NCBI GenBank assembly: GCA_002726435.1
Contig: PBSV01000006.1
Coordinates: 19,531-81,455, forward strand
DNA length: 61,925 nucleotides
Direction: 5' to 3'
Source of the DNA: Opitutia bacterium
Lineage (GTDB): Bacteria > Verrucomicrobiota > Verrucomicrobiia > Opitutales > Seribacteraceae
Shown: in pieces, positions 29,721 to 39,317 of the stretch
Numbering within the stretch: the first letter of the stretch is position 1
Layout of the letters: every line of letters begins with the position of its first letter
Notes under the pieces: model-generated
Told to the model about the DNA's origin: nothing
The model's input: the letters and a program-made list of their open reading frames with translations, nothing else
Database searches by the model: none
Position numbers and translations under genes: made by a program

Positions 29721-32411
29721 ATGAAAATATATGTTCATAAAAAAGGGAAAAACTTTGGGCCCTTCACGGTTGCTCAACTGAAAGGATATCTCAAGACAAG
29801 AAACTTTGATGGTAATGATCTTGCCTGCTATGATGGTGCAACTTGGGTCAAATTATCACTGGTTCCCGGTGTCTCTGAAACTTCCACTCAACAAAAGAAA
29901 AAACCACCTCTTGAGATTCAGAAACGCGATTCTCGCGTAACTTCAACCATTCGGGCGAAAACCCAATCAGAAACGCGGCCCGTCAAGCCTGCTCAAAGTG
30001 GCCGTAAGAAAATTTATATTCTCGCTGGTACGGTCTTTGTCTCCATTTCTCTTATTGGATTTTTAATATACTTTTTTGCCAGTAGCGAGGATCCAACATT
30101 ACAATCTGTTCACGCAGATAAAAAATCTAGAGAGGATTCATCCAACCAGAAATCATCCCTTGAATCTACACCTTTTGACCCGATCCCGGCAGCTCAAAAA
30201 ATCGACGAATTCATCATATCACACCTACAGAGTGAAAACCTAGAAGCCAATCCATTAATTAGTGACGGGCTATTTCTGCGTCGGGTTTATTTATCAATCA
30301 TCGGTCGCATACCCACGATTTTAGAAACAAATGATTTTATTAATTCCACCTCCCAAAACAAGCATTCATTACTGATTCAAAAACTGCTCTCGAATGATGC
30401 CGGCTACACTGCCCATCACTATCAGTTTTGGGCGGACCTTCTTCGAATACCCACCAATATTGATTATACGCTTTATTATCGGGAATGGATCAAGGAAGAG
30501 GTAAGAGAAAACACGCCCTATGATGAACTTGTACACAAGCTGGTAAGTGGACACGGACTGATTTTTGACAACCCCGCTGCTGCATACTATTTGCGTGATG
30601 CAGGTATGGCACTCGACAATATGTCGAATTCGGTTCGTATATTTTTAGGCACTCGGTTGGAGTGTGCTCAGTGTCACGACCATCCTTTCGACAAATGGAC
30701 CCAAATGGATTATTTCAAAATGGCCGCTTATACCTACGATTTTGATGCTCGTATGGGCGTGACCAAAAATTCAAATCGACAGCAAGTTTATCAAGATTTT
30801 GGAAAAAGAAGAAATAAAGCCTATGCGGAAGCAACTGGATTTGAGGATTTTCCTCACATGCATGATGAGTCAAGAATCGATGAATGGTTAAGCCAACCCT
30901 ACGCACCGGGTTACCTTGAACGAAACAAACTGACAAAAGAAGATTTTAAAAACGCAGCACTTCGCGGAATAAAAGCTCGAAAAAAAGCATCCGATTTCGA
31001 CGATCCAGTTTCTCAAACTGTCAATATGCTTTATGGCCACATTTCTAATGTTCAGATAAAACACCACAAAGATAAACCCCTGCAACTCCCACATGACTAT
31101 CAGTATGATAATGGATCTCCGGGGGAAATTGTGAAACCTGGTAGTATGTTTGGACCAGAAATCCCACACCTCGAAGATCAGACGGAAAGAAAAAATGCTT
31201 ATGCAGACTGGTTAACCTCTCGCGAAAATCCTCGCTTCACTCGAGTCATTGTAAATCGACTTTGGAAACGAGCTTTTGGCCACGGTATTTTTGAACCCGT
31301 TGATAATCTCACGGATCGTACGGAAATTGGCCAACCAGAATTGCTCAGTTTTCTTGAGAATTTAATGCAAGATCTTGAATACGATATCCGAGCCTTTCAA
31401 AGTGTTCTTTTTCACACCGAACTTTTTCGCAGAGAAATGCATCTGGAGGATCATTCACCAGGAATGGTGTTCCATTTTACCGGCCCTCTGTTAAAGAGAA
31501 TGAGTGCTGAACAAATTTGGGATTCGATCACCACGCTCATTCTCACTGATGTTGACACTTATGCCCCCAACAGGAAGCGAACACAGGAACGAATTGCCCG
31601 CACCAAAGCAATATACCAAAGTCTTGAGGGTCGGCCTATCGAGGAAGTATTGCCAAGAATCAGAGAAGCGGGGGCACAAAGGAGGGACATGCGGGCAGAA
31701 CAGGTTGAATACGAGAAAAAAATATCTTCCGCCTATGCTCAATCCAACAATGAACTCGCAAAAAAACTGACTGATGAGCTCAAAGGAAAAGTCCGTGCTA
31801 TGGAAAACAAGAGTCGCGAATTGGTATTAGTTGACCTCAAAGACAACAAAGCAAGTCCAACCATGATGATGGGAAGTTCCATGATGAATAGTTCCACGAA
31901 CTCTTCAACGATGGCAACCATTGATCGAATATCCCAGGCAAAAGCTCGAAAGGCACTGGGAAACCTAGATCCAAACGAACGCAGGCGCTGGGAGGACAGG
32001 GAAAGATTATCCCTGCGTCATTTTCGTGATGTTGTACGACAAATGGCGCGGGCGGTTGAACTTGAATCACCTGCCAAGAGAGGACATTTTCTACGCGACT
32101 TTGGTCAGTCAGACAGGGAGGTAATTGACAACTCCTCCTCTCATGCATCGGTTCCGCAAGCTTTATACCTGCTCAACAGTCCCCTGAATATAGCTATTCA
32201 TAACTCGAATGCTTTTCTTGGTGGTTTATTGGCTGCCTTGAATAAACCGGAGGATAAAATCGAACTTATTTACCGGGCCATGCTTACCCGGATGCCAACC
32301 AGTCTTGAAGTGGAAAGAATTCTTTCTGATTATCAAACTTATGGAGAAGAATCCATTGAAGACCTCGTTTGGGCTATTCTAAATTCTCGCCAATTTACAT
32401 TTATACAATGA
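29721..32411 (+). CDS. GYF_2 (DUF4339)-TM-DUF1549/DUF1553 protein with single CxxCH
   Basis: N-terminal IYVHKKGKNFGPFTVAQL...W; TM; FLRRVYLSIIGRIPT, WADLLR, FLGTRLECAQCHDHPFD, VNRLWKRAFGHG, VPQALYLLNS. Confidence 0.9.
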   Translation: MKIYVHKKGKNFGPFTVAQLKGYLKTRNFDGNDLACYDGATWVKLSLVPGVSETSTQQKKKPPLEIQKRDSRVTSTIRAKTQSETRPVKPAQSGRKKIYILAGTVFVSISLIGFLIYFFASSEDPTLQSVHADKKSREDSSNQKSSLESTPFDPIPAAQKIDEFIISHLQSENLEANPLISDGLFLRRVYLSIIGRIPTILETNDFINSTSQNKHSLLIQKLLSNDAGYTAHHYQFWADLLRIPTNIDYTLYYREWIKEEVRENTPYDELVHKLVSGHGLIFDNPAAAYYLRDAGMALDNMSNSVRIFLGTRLECAQCHDHPFDKWTQMDYFKMAAYTYDFDARMGVTKNSNRQQVYQDFGKRRNKAYAEATGFEDFPHMHDESRIDEWLSQPYAPGYLERNKLTKEDFKNAALRGIKARKKASDFDDPVSQTVNMLYGHISNVQIKHHKDKPLQLPHDYQYDNGSPGEIVKPGSMFGPEIPHLEDQTERKNAYADWLTSRENPRFTRVIVNRLWKRAFGHGIFEPVDNLTDRTEIGQPELLSFLENLMQDLEYDIRAFQSVLFHTELFRREMHLEDHSPGMVFHFTGPLLKRMSAEQIWDSITTLILTDVDTYAPNRKRTQERIARTKAIYQSLEGRPIEEVLPRIREAGAQRRDMRAEQVEYEKKISSAYAQSNNELAKKLTDELKGKVRAMENKSRELVLVDLKDNKASPTMMMGSSMMNSSTNSSTMATIDRISQAKARKALGNLDPNERRRWEDRERLSLRHFRDVVRQMARAVELESPAKRGHFLRDFGQSDREVIDNSSSHASVPQALYLLNSPLNIAIHNSNAFLGGLLAALNKPEDKIELIYRAMLTRMPTSLEVERILSDYQTYGEESIEDLVWAILNSRQFTFIQ

Positions 32412-33676
32412 TAAAATCTGATTTCAATCGTCGCCGTTTTCTTGAACTTGCAGCGGGAAGCTTTCTTGGTGTGACCGCAAGTAATTGTTTTGGCGCCGCG
32501 GGTGAAAAGAGTGCCATTCCCCCTCTCGCTGATCCCTCCAAACAACTTATTTACCTATACATGGAAGGTGGGATGAGCCACATCGATACTTTCGATCTAA
32601 AGACCAACCATGACAACCAAGGATCGACCAAACCAATCAACAGTAATGTAGATGGTATCCGAGTATCGAGCCATCTTCCCAACTTGGCCAGGCATGCAGA
32701 CAAGTTATGTATCGTGAACTCTCTAACCTCGACTGCAGGCGACCACGAAAAAGGAAACTATTTTATGCACACCAGTTACCAACAACGGGCAACCATTCGA
32801 CATCCAGGAATTGGTTCGTGGTATCACAAATTGAAAGGTAAGCTCAATCCCACCCTCCCCGCTTCAGTATTTATTGGACGGGAAAGCCGGTTTCACGGAA
32901 GTGGCGGATTTTTTGAACCCGAATTTGAGCCATTAGCAATCAACGAACCTGAATCCGGACTCAAATACGCAAAGGCATTGGTTGAAAAAAATCGTTTTGA
33001 TAGGAGAATTAAGTTGGCTAATGATATTGATGCTGAATTTCTCTCACGGTATCATTCGAAACCGGTTCGGGCCTACGGCCATATGTATGCTGATGCGGTT
33101 CGCTTGATGGACAGTCCGGACCTGGCTGCTTTTAATATTCACGAGGAAAATATCAAAACCCAACAGCGTTATGGCACGGAACCATTCGGCCAGGGATGCC
33201 TACTCGCCCGTCGTCTTGTGGAAAGAGATGTGCGCACGGTGGAGGTAAGTTTTGGTGGTTGGGATACGCATCAAAATAATTTCACCTCCCTCCCGGAACT
33301 CTGCCACACTATGGATCAAGCTGTGGCAGCCCTGCTTGATGACTTAGAGCGAATTGGCAAGCTCAAGGATACTGTTGTCGTGTTAACCACCGAATTCGGT
33401 CGGACTCCTCAGATCAATCAAAATGTGGGTCGTGATCACTACCCACAGGCATTCACCAGCGTCCTCGCCGGGGGTGGTTTCAAAGGTGGATATGTACATG
33501 GAAAAACATCTGAAGGTGCAGAGGAAGTTATTGATGGTTTAATGACAATTCCTGATTTTAATGCAAGCATTGCCTACGCATTGGGCATCCCTGTTGATTA
33601 TGTTCTCTACAGTCCAACCGTCCGCCCTTTTACCGTGGCACATAAAGGGAAGCCCCAAATGGAATTACTATCCTAA
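32408..33676 (+). CDS. DUF1501-family Tat-exported protein
   Basis: NRRRFL signal; LYMEGGMSHIDTFD, GCLLARRLVE, GWDTH, TEFGRTP, GRDHYP; ATGA overlap with upstream stop. Confidence 0.92.
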   Translation: MIKSDFNRRRFLELAAGSFLGVTASNCFGAAGEKSAIPPLADPSKQLIYLYMEGGMSHIDTFDLKTNHDNQGSTKPINSNVDGIRVSSHLPNLARHADKLCIVNSLTSTAGDHEKGNYFMHTSYQQRATIRHPGIGSWYHKLKGKLNPTLPASVFIGRESRFHGSGGFFEPEFEPLAINEPESGLKYAKALVEKNRFDRRIKLANDIDAEFLSRYHSKPVRAYGHMYADAVRLMDSPDLAAFNIHEENIKTQQRYGTEPFGQGCLLARRLVERDVRTVEVSFGGWDTHQNNFTSLPELCHTMDQAVAALLDDLERIGKLKDTVVVLTTEFGRTPQINQNVGRDHYPQAFTSVLAGGGFKGGYVHGKTSEGAEEVIDGLMTIPDFNASIAYALGIPVDYVLYSPTVRPFTVAHKGKPQMELLS

Positions 33677-33781
33677 TCCGTTTATTTCGGAAATTAATTA
33701 TTTTTTACAGAATTCGGGCTTGATTGTGACTGGATTGAAAATTGCCACACAGTCTTTTACTCCCTAGGTGTTTCTCCAACC

Positions 33782-35140
33782 ATGGATGTTATTGAAAAAA
33801 ACAAACTTCGAATGAATCAACTTTCCGCAAGTGCTCCCAAACTTGCCAAACAGATTGAAGTACTTGACTGGGATGAACTTACTGTCGCCTTGAATGAATG
33901 TATCTTTCAACCGAATCAATCTGTTTTACCGAAAGAGTATGGACCTGCTTCTTATCTCCCTCTCGAAGCAGAAAACGAGGAACAGAAAGAGCACTATGTT
34001 CGAGCCTTCGCTCATGGAGAATCACTCATCCGAGACGGAAAAACTGCCGCATTCACCGTCGCTGGAGGACAAGGCACGCGCTTGGGTTACAATGGACCCA
34101 AAGGAACGCTCCCAGTCAGTCCAATTAAAGGCAAAACGCTCTTTCAATTATTTGCTGAACAGATCCTTGGAATTTCGAGGAAATATGAGGTTGTAATTCC
34201 ATGGTATGTCATGTGTAGCCCATTAAATCTTGGTGCAACCCTTGCTCACTTCGAGAAAATGGATTTCTACGGATTAGACCGGGGAAACATCAAGTTTTTT
34301 GCTCAAGGGGTAATGCCGGCGACCGACTTCGAAGGCAACCTTCTTCTTGCTGACTCAGACAGTTTAGCTCTCTCACCCGATGGACATGGCGGTTCCCTCA
34401 AGGCACTTATTGATTCCGGTTCAATCTCCGATATGGCTAAGCGGGGCATCGAACATGTTTCTTATTTTCAAGTCGACAATCCTTTGGTTAGCACAATCAA
34501 TCCTCTATTCCTCGGGCTTCATGACCTCCAAAATTCCGATATGTCGAGTCGATCCCTGACCAAGACTGGGCCCTTTGAAAAACTGGGAAATTTCGTATCC
34601 ATTGGCGAACGGATTACAATTATTGAATACTCCGATCTTCCCGAAGAAAAAGCTTTAGAAAAAGAAGAGGATGGGCGTATAAGATACCGGGCTGGCAGTC
34701 CCGCAATTCATATTTTACGTCGTGATTTCATCGAAAAATTCGCCAGTGGAAAAATTAAGCTTCCCTATCACAGAGCGGAAAAGAAAGTCGCCCATTTGAA
34801 TGAAGCAGGAGAAATTATCACCCCAAAAATACCCAATGCAGTCAAGTTCGAGACTTTCGTTTTCGACGCACTCCCATTTGCCAGAAATCCATTGATTCTA
34901 GAAGCTGATCGACTTGAAGAATTCTCTCCGGTCAAGAACATGACTGGTATCGATTCCCTTGAAAGTTCACAGGCTGACATGGTTGAACGGGCCAAGCGAT
35001 GGCTCACCAACAATGGCATTAAGATTTGTGAATCCGCAAAAATCGAAATCAGTTCAGTATCATTCCCCGCTGAGAATGACTTAGTGAATGTCAAAGGGGA
35101 ACGGATTGATTTGTCAGGTGACTTTATTTACCTCGAATAA
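33782..35140 (+). CDS. UDP-N-acetylglucosamine/UDP-sugar pyrophosphorylase (UAP1/UDPGP family)
   Basis: AGGQGTRLGYNGPKG, SPDGHGG, QVDNPL, IEYSD, KFETFVFD, EFSPVKN. Confidence 0.92.
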   Translation: MDVIEKNKLRMNQLSASAPKLAKQIEVLDWDELTVALNECIFQPNQSVLPKEYGPASYLPLEAENEEQKEHYVRAFAHGESLIRDGKTAAFTVAGGQGTRLGYNGPKGTLPVSPIKGKTLFQLFAEQILGISRKYEVVIPWYVMCSPLNLGATLAHFEKMDFYGLDRGNIKFFAQGVMPATDFEGNLLLADSDSLALSPDGHGGSLKALIDSGSISDMAKRGIEHVSYFQVDNPLVSTINPLFLGLHDLQNSDMSSRSLTKTGPFEKLGNFVSIGERITIIEYSDLPEEKALEKEEDGRIRYRAGSPAIHILRRDFIEKFASGKIKLPYHRAEKKVAHLNEAGEIITPKIPNAVKFETFVFDALPFARNPLILEADRLEEFSPVKNMTGIDSLESSQADMVERAKRWLTNNGIKICESAKIEISSVSFPAENDLVNVKGERIDLSGDFIYLE

Positions 35141-35245
35141 AGTATTGGAAACAACGCGGGGTATTATTTTGGATACAGGCAATGAAGGAATCTGAACGCT
35201 GAAATTCCAAGAATGATCATTTTGTTCATTTTCAAAATTGCAGAC

Positions 35246-35530
35246 TCAGGGTTTTTTCGTGAAACCATGAGTTTTAAGCAAATGAAATATCCCAAGTAAT
35301 AAGATAGATAGGAGCAAACCAAGCAATGGGGTTTCGATACCACTGACAAATCTTTCTTCCCAGATTATTTGTGTCTGAGTCCCTAATTCCGGCATACCTT
35401 CGACAATTGGAATTTCCTTGAATGTTTCTACGCTTGTTACCCAGAAAGCGAAACGAGATCCATCCATAAACCATCTTGCTAAAGCCATAATTAAAGGAGC
35501 ACATGCCAAGAAAATTGATAATCTCTTCAT
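35246..35530 (-). CDS. Small hypothetical membrane protein
   Basis: 94-aa ATG ORF, hydrophobic N- and C-terminal segments; co-oriented with the upstream PhoD-like gene. Confidence 0.65.
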   Translation of the reverse strand: MKRLSIFLACAPLIMALARWFMDGSRFAFWVTSVETFKEIPIVEGMPELGTQTQIIWEERFVSGIETPLLGLLLSILLLGIFHLLKTHGFTKKP

Positions 35531-35579
35531 AAAAGCTGCCCGGTATAATTCTCAGAAAACACAAACACTTAGTCATTAT

Positions 35580-38168
35580 TCACTTCTTATTCGAAGCTAT
35601 TTGTTTGGTCAAAACCGACATTTTTCCGTACTCACCATATTCTACTCGGTAACTACCGGGCTCAAAGACCTTAGGTCGGAAATTCTCATTATATACCCTC
35701 CTTGCGTACACCAAATCATCAGAAGACTCTTTGAAAACTCGTACTACGGAACCTTTTTTGCTCCCAAACTGAATTTCAGGCAGGTAAGCGAAAGGTTTTC
35801 GGTTGTACTGCTGAGCAATTGATACCTCTATCGGCCAACCTGCATGCATTTTGTAATTAATGACCTCTGAATCCATATCTTTATAAACAGGCCAACTCTC
35901 CAAAGTAATTCGTTGTTCCTTTTTATGAAACCTTACCATTCCATAGCCAGAAGCTGAGTAGTTTAATTTCTCGAGCATGTTTAAATCTTTTCCTTTTACC
36001 TGTTCGGGATATTGTTTGTCCACACGGTTGGCTGCTGCCCAAACATTAATTTTGTTGTGGAATCCATCCAAGAATTCTCCAGTGTAATGAGGTGCTCCTG
36101 CCCGTCTATTTTTTCCCGGCTCTTTCGGTGCCCATAGTCGGGGATATCCATTATAAATTCCTGCTCCTGCAAAAGAAAATCCTCCATCATTCCAATTTTC
36201 GATCCCATGCTGCACGACCGTGGCCAAGTGCTGGTCTCCATGAATCATTATCGCATGTGCCTTTCTTGCTAGATCAACCGCTCGGTTCCGACCCGATTGT
36301 GGCCAGCCATTAGAATCCAAATCCGCAATCAAAAGATTCTTGTCCGCACCACCGCCGTGATGAGTTGCCACCGCCCCGAAAGGAGATTGCGAAAGAACTG
36401 CCTTCATTGAAGCATCACGATAATCACCGGCCCATTCTTCTAAAAACATTTCCTGCCTGGTACCCAAGAGTTCCAACCCCGGTTTATCCAGAGTCTTGGG
36501 ATCTAATTCGGGATCTCGGACATGGTCTACCCGGCCCAAGTGAGTCATGGCATCCACTGCCTGAGAGGGTCCAGACTTGAACTTGCGGTCTTCAATGATC
36601 GCCATGCTTATATTGCCATAGTTAAAATCCGTATAATACACCCCAATGTCCTGGAGCACCGGGGTTGGATCATAGGGATCAGGCAGGTTTGAAACTTGGG
36701 TGCGCTCGACCATCCGCACCCATTCCGGATGCATCTCATAACCACCGTCACTGTTTCTGCTTCCACCCTCGGGCACCGGAGCCCCGCCTAAGCCCCAAAT
36801 ATTTCCGTGGTATACATCGTGGTCATCCGGAATTACAATAGATGGACGGTCCTTCATCGCCTCTCTGAAACTCCATCCGAAGATCCAGTATTTTTGGAGA
36901 TAATTCAGGGAAGCCCGCGCCACCTCATCCAACTGATAAGCCCTGACAATCCCATAACCGCCATTACTTTCGTAGAGTTGGTCACCCGCAAAAAACAAAA
37001 TATCCGGATCTTGTGCCAAAACATTCTGCTGTACATATTGATTGGGAAAGGCAGCATCTTTCATGCATGACAAAGCCGCAAGTTTAATGGTGCCTTTGTC
37101 CTTCGGATCATTTCTTATAATTCCCTCCCATTTTTTGCTTTCATTGCCATCTTTTAAAACCACGCGGTAAGGAACCGATTTTTGATCATTCCAGTTTTCC
37201 AAACGGAAATGAGCGGTGCTTGCATAATGGTGAATTTCTGAACTTTTTATTCTTTGCCACTGTCCTCCTTTAAAAAGTTCCAGGTATGCATTTTCCGTAC
37301 TCTCTTTTCCCAATGGGGAAATTTGTGCCGTCATTTTCATCGTTCCTCGATGAAGGGTATATTGAGTCCACAAAATCGGGCCAAAGGTTTGGTTATGATT
37401 TTCCCTCACTTTATTTCCGGAAATTTCCCAGTCCCAAAAAGTGGCATCCGCCTGAAAATTTTCAAGATTTGCGGGTATGGAAGGCGTGTGATTTTTGTCT
37501 AAGTAGCCCGCAAATAATGCGAGGTTTCCAAGTAAACTTTTTTTGGAACGAACGGTTTTTTTTAAAGTAATAAGAGGTGGGGTATCAATTATTTTACCAT
37601 CTTTCCTTGCTTCCAAAACATATTCAAATCCAGTCTCTTTATGTTTCACTTTTAAAATTAAATGCAGATTTTTTAATGCAGATTTAGTAAGCCTTTCTTT
37701 ACTTTCACCACCAGGACCAAAGAGTTGCCCGCCGGAAGTCACTCCAACCACATAACCAGAACTTCCAAATAAATTTGAGCGGTATTCTTCAGGCATTGCC
37801 CCAGTGATTCCAAATTTAAAACCAGCCAGTTTAGGTTTTTTTGAGTTTATACTTTCAATACTCAGGCGAACCGATTGAGTAAAATCTCCCGGCTCTGACC
37901 TTAATTGATGGGTTAAAACATGGACATCATGTGTCTTTCCAATACTGCTTATCATCACTTCCATTTTGCCTTTATTAAGCTGCCAGTCCATTTGGGGGTT
38001 TGGCCAGTACTCTTCGCTTATAAATGGACGAGTGACATCCTTCCTAAGATGAGATTTAAAATTGGTTGCTCCTCCTAGAGTGGCTACCGTAAAAAATGCG
38101 ATCCCTGTTACTGAAATTGATAATTTGGGTATTAAGCGAAGAAATTTACTATTTATTTTATTGTGCAT
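35580..38168 (-). CDS. PhoD-like (alkaline phosphatase D family) metallophosphoesterase with large N-terminal domain
   Basis: LSC, FAGDQLYE, PDDHDVYHGN, EDRKFK, LLGTRQ, HGDQH. Confidence 0.85.
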   Translation of the reverse strand: MHNKINSKFLRLIPKLSISVTGIAFFTVATLGGATNFKSHLRKDVTRPFISEEYWPNPQMDWQLNKGKMEVMISSIGKTHDVHVLTHQLRSEPGDFTQSVRLSIESINSKKPKLAGFKFGITGAMPEEYRSNLFGSSGYVVGVTSGGQLFGPGGESKERLTKSALKNLHLILKVKHKETGFEYVLEARKDGKIIDTPPLITLKKTVRSKKSLLGNLALFAGYLDKNHTPSIPANLENFQADATFWDWEISGNKVRENHNQTFGPILWTQYTLHRGTMKMTAQISPLGKESTENAYLELFKGGQWQRIKSSEIHHYASTAHFRLENWNDQKSVPYRVVLKDGNESKKWEGIIRNDPKDKGTIKLAALSCMKDAAFPNQYVQQNVLAQDPDILFFAGDQLYESNGGYGIVRAYQLDEVARASLNYLQKYWIFGWSFREAMKDRPSIVIPDDHDVYHGNIWGLGGAPVPEGGSRNSDGGYEMHPEWVRMVERTQVSNLPDPYDPTPVLQDIGVYYTDFNYGNISMAIIEDRKFKSGPSQAVDAMTHLGRVDHVRDPELDPKTLDKPGLELLGTRQEMFLEEWAGDYRDASMKAVLSQSPFGAVATHHGGGADKNLLIADLDSNGWPQSGRNRAVDLARKAHAIMIHGDQHLATVVQHGIENWNDGGFSFAGAGIYNGYPRLWAPKEPGKNRRAGAPHYTGEFLDGFHNKINVWAAANRVDKQYPEQVKGKDLNMLEKLNYSASGYGMVRFHKKEQRITLESWPVYKDMDSEVINYKMHAGWPIEVSIAQQYNRKPFAYLPEIQFGSKKGSVVRVFKESSDDLVYARRVYNENFRPKVFEPGSYRVEYGEYGKMSVLTKQIASNKK

Positions 38169-38364
38169 AGATTTTATATATCATCCTCATTGTAAGTGCA
38201 TACCAATCCTTAAATCTTAAGATTTACAAGTTTTGAACGAATTTAAGACTTCTTCATCAAGCCAAAGCCCACTTATTTCTAGAAATTTTTTTTGCTGACT
38301 TGGGTGTAATTATTTAAAAGTTAAGACCTCATTAGGTCTAATTCTTAAAATTGTCACAGTATGA

Positions 38365-39273
38365 ATGTCTTTTACCAACATGAACGAATTTAAAAATAAA
38401 CAAGCCGGGATTTTATTTGGCTCCTTTTGTGCCGATGCACTTTCATTGGGAGTCCACTGGATTTACGATTCCGATAAACTGGCCAAGGAACACGGACAGA
38501 TCACGCATTACAAAACTCCCGGAACTCATTCCTACCATCCACACAAGCAAGCAGGTGAACAAGGTCATGTCGGAGATCAAGCCTTATGCCTATTAAATTT
38601 TCTTATAAAAGAAAAAGCATGGAATCGTTCTCGTTTTATGGAGGAATGGCTTGGTATGTGGCTTGACTATAACGATTATGTGGACGGTGCGACCAAAACT
38701 ACCTTGGGCAATGTTCAAAACCAAACTGACAAGACTCAAGGAGGAAGTGACTCGGTCGAAATTGCGGGTCCCGCACGCATTGCCCCTCTTATTTCCTTTC
38801 TTTCAAATTCTTCCGAAGAGGAAGTGGTACGGGCTTCGGTCGAGCAAACCATGCTTACCCATCGATCCAAAGAAGCGGAAGAGTCGGCCATCTTTCTCGC
38901 CAAATCAGGCTATCAACTCATACATGGAGCCAACTTACTTGACACGCTCGATGAAACGGCACCTGAGTGGGCACTCAAAAAAGCAGACAGCGTGCTCTCA
39001 GAAGACACAGTGGACGCGATTACCAAATTAGGCCCGGCCTGTTCCATTTCATCCGCCCTCCCCTCGGTACTATATTTAGCAATTAAACACGGCGATGACA
39101 CCGAAACAGCTTTCATTGCGAATGCAATGGCAGGTGGTGATAACTGTGCCCGTGGACTAGCTCTTGGGATGATTCTTGGCGCAGCAAATGGGCAAAGCTC
39201 AATACCTGAAGACTGGATCAATGAATTGAACGCTGCCAAAAGCCTCTATCAGCTACTCGAGGCTGCGTCTTGA
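38365..39273 (+). CDS. ADP-ribosylglycohydrolase-family protein (J1-crystallin/SelJ-like branch)
   Basis: GSFCADALSLGVHWIYD, GDQ, ARIAPL, LTH, NAMAGGDNCAR, GAANG..IPEDW. Confidence 0.85.
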   Translation: MSFTNMNEFKNKQAGILFGSFCADALSLGVHWIYDSDKLAKEHGQITHYKTPGTHSYHPHKQAGEQGHVGDQALCLLNFLIKEKAWNRSRFMEEWLGMWLDYNDYVDGATKTTLGNVQNQTDKTQGGSDSVEIAGPARIAPLISFLSNSSEEEVVRASVEQTMLTHRSKEAEESAIFLAKSGYQLIHGANLLDTLDETAPEWALKKADSVLSEDTVDAITKLGPACSISSALPSVLYLAIKHGDDTETAFIANAMAGGDNCARGLALGMILGAANGQSSIPEDWINELNAAKSLYQLLEAAS

Positions 39274-39317
39274 TAGAAGCAAGCTGACTTGGAGGCCTTT
39301 ATCCAAAAACCTGTATA

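Noticed and set aside
33782-35140. Eukaryote-like UAP1-family pyrophosphorylase as a horizontal transfer novelty
   Set aside because: The family is already known in PVC and other bacteria.
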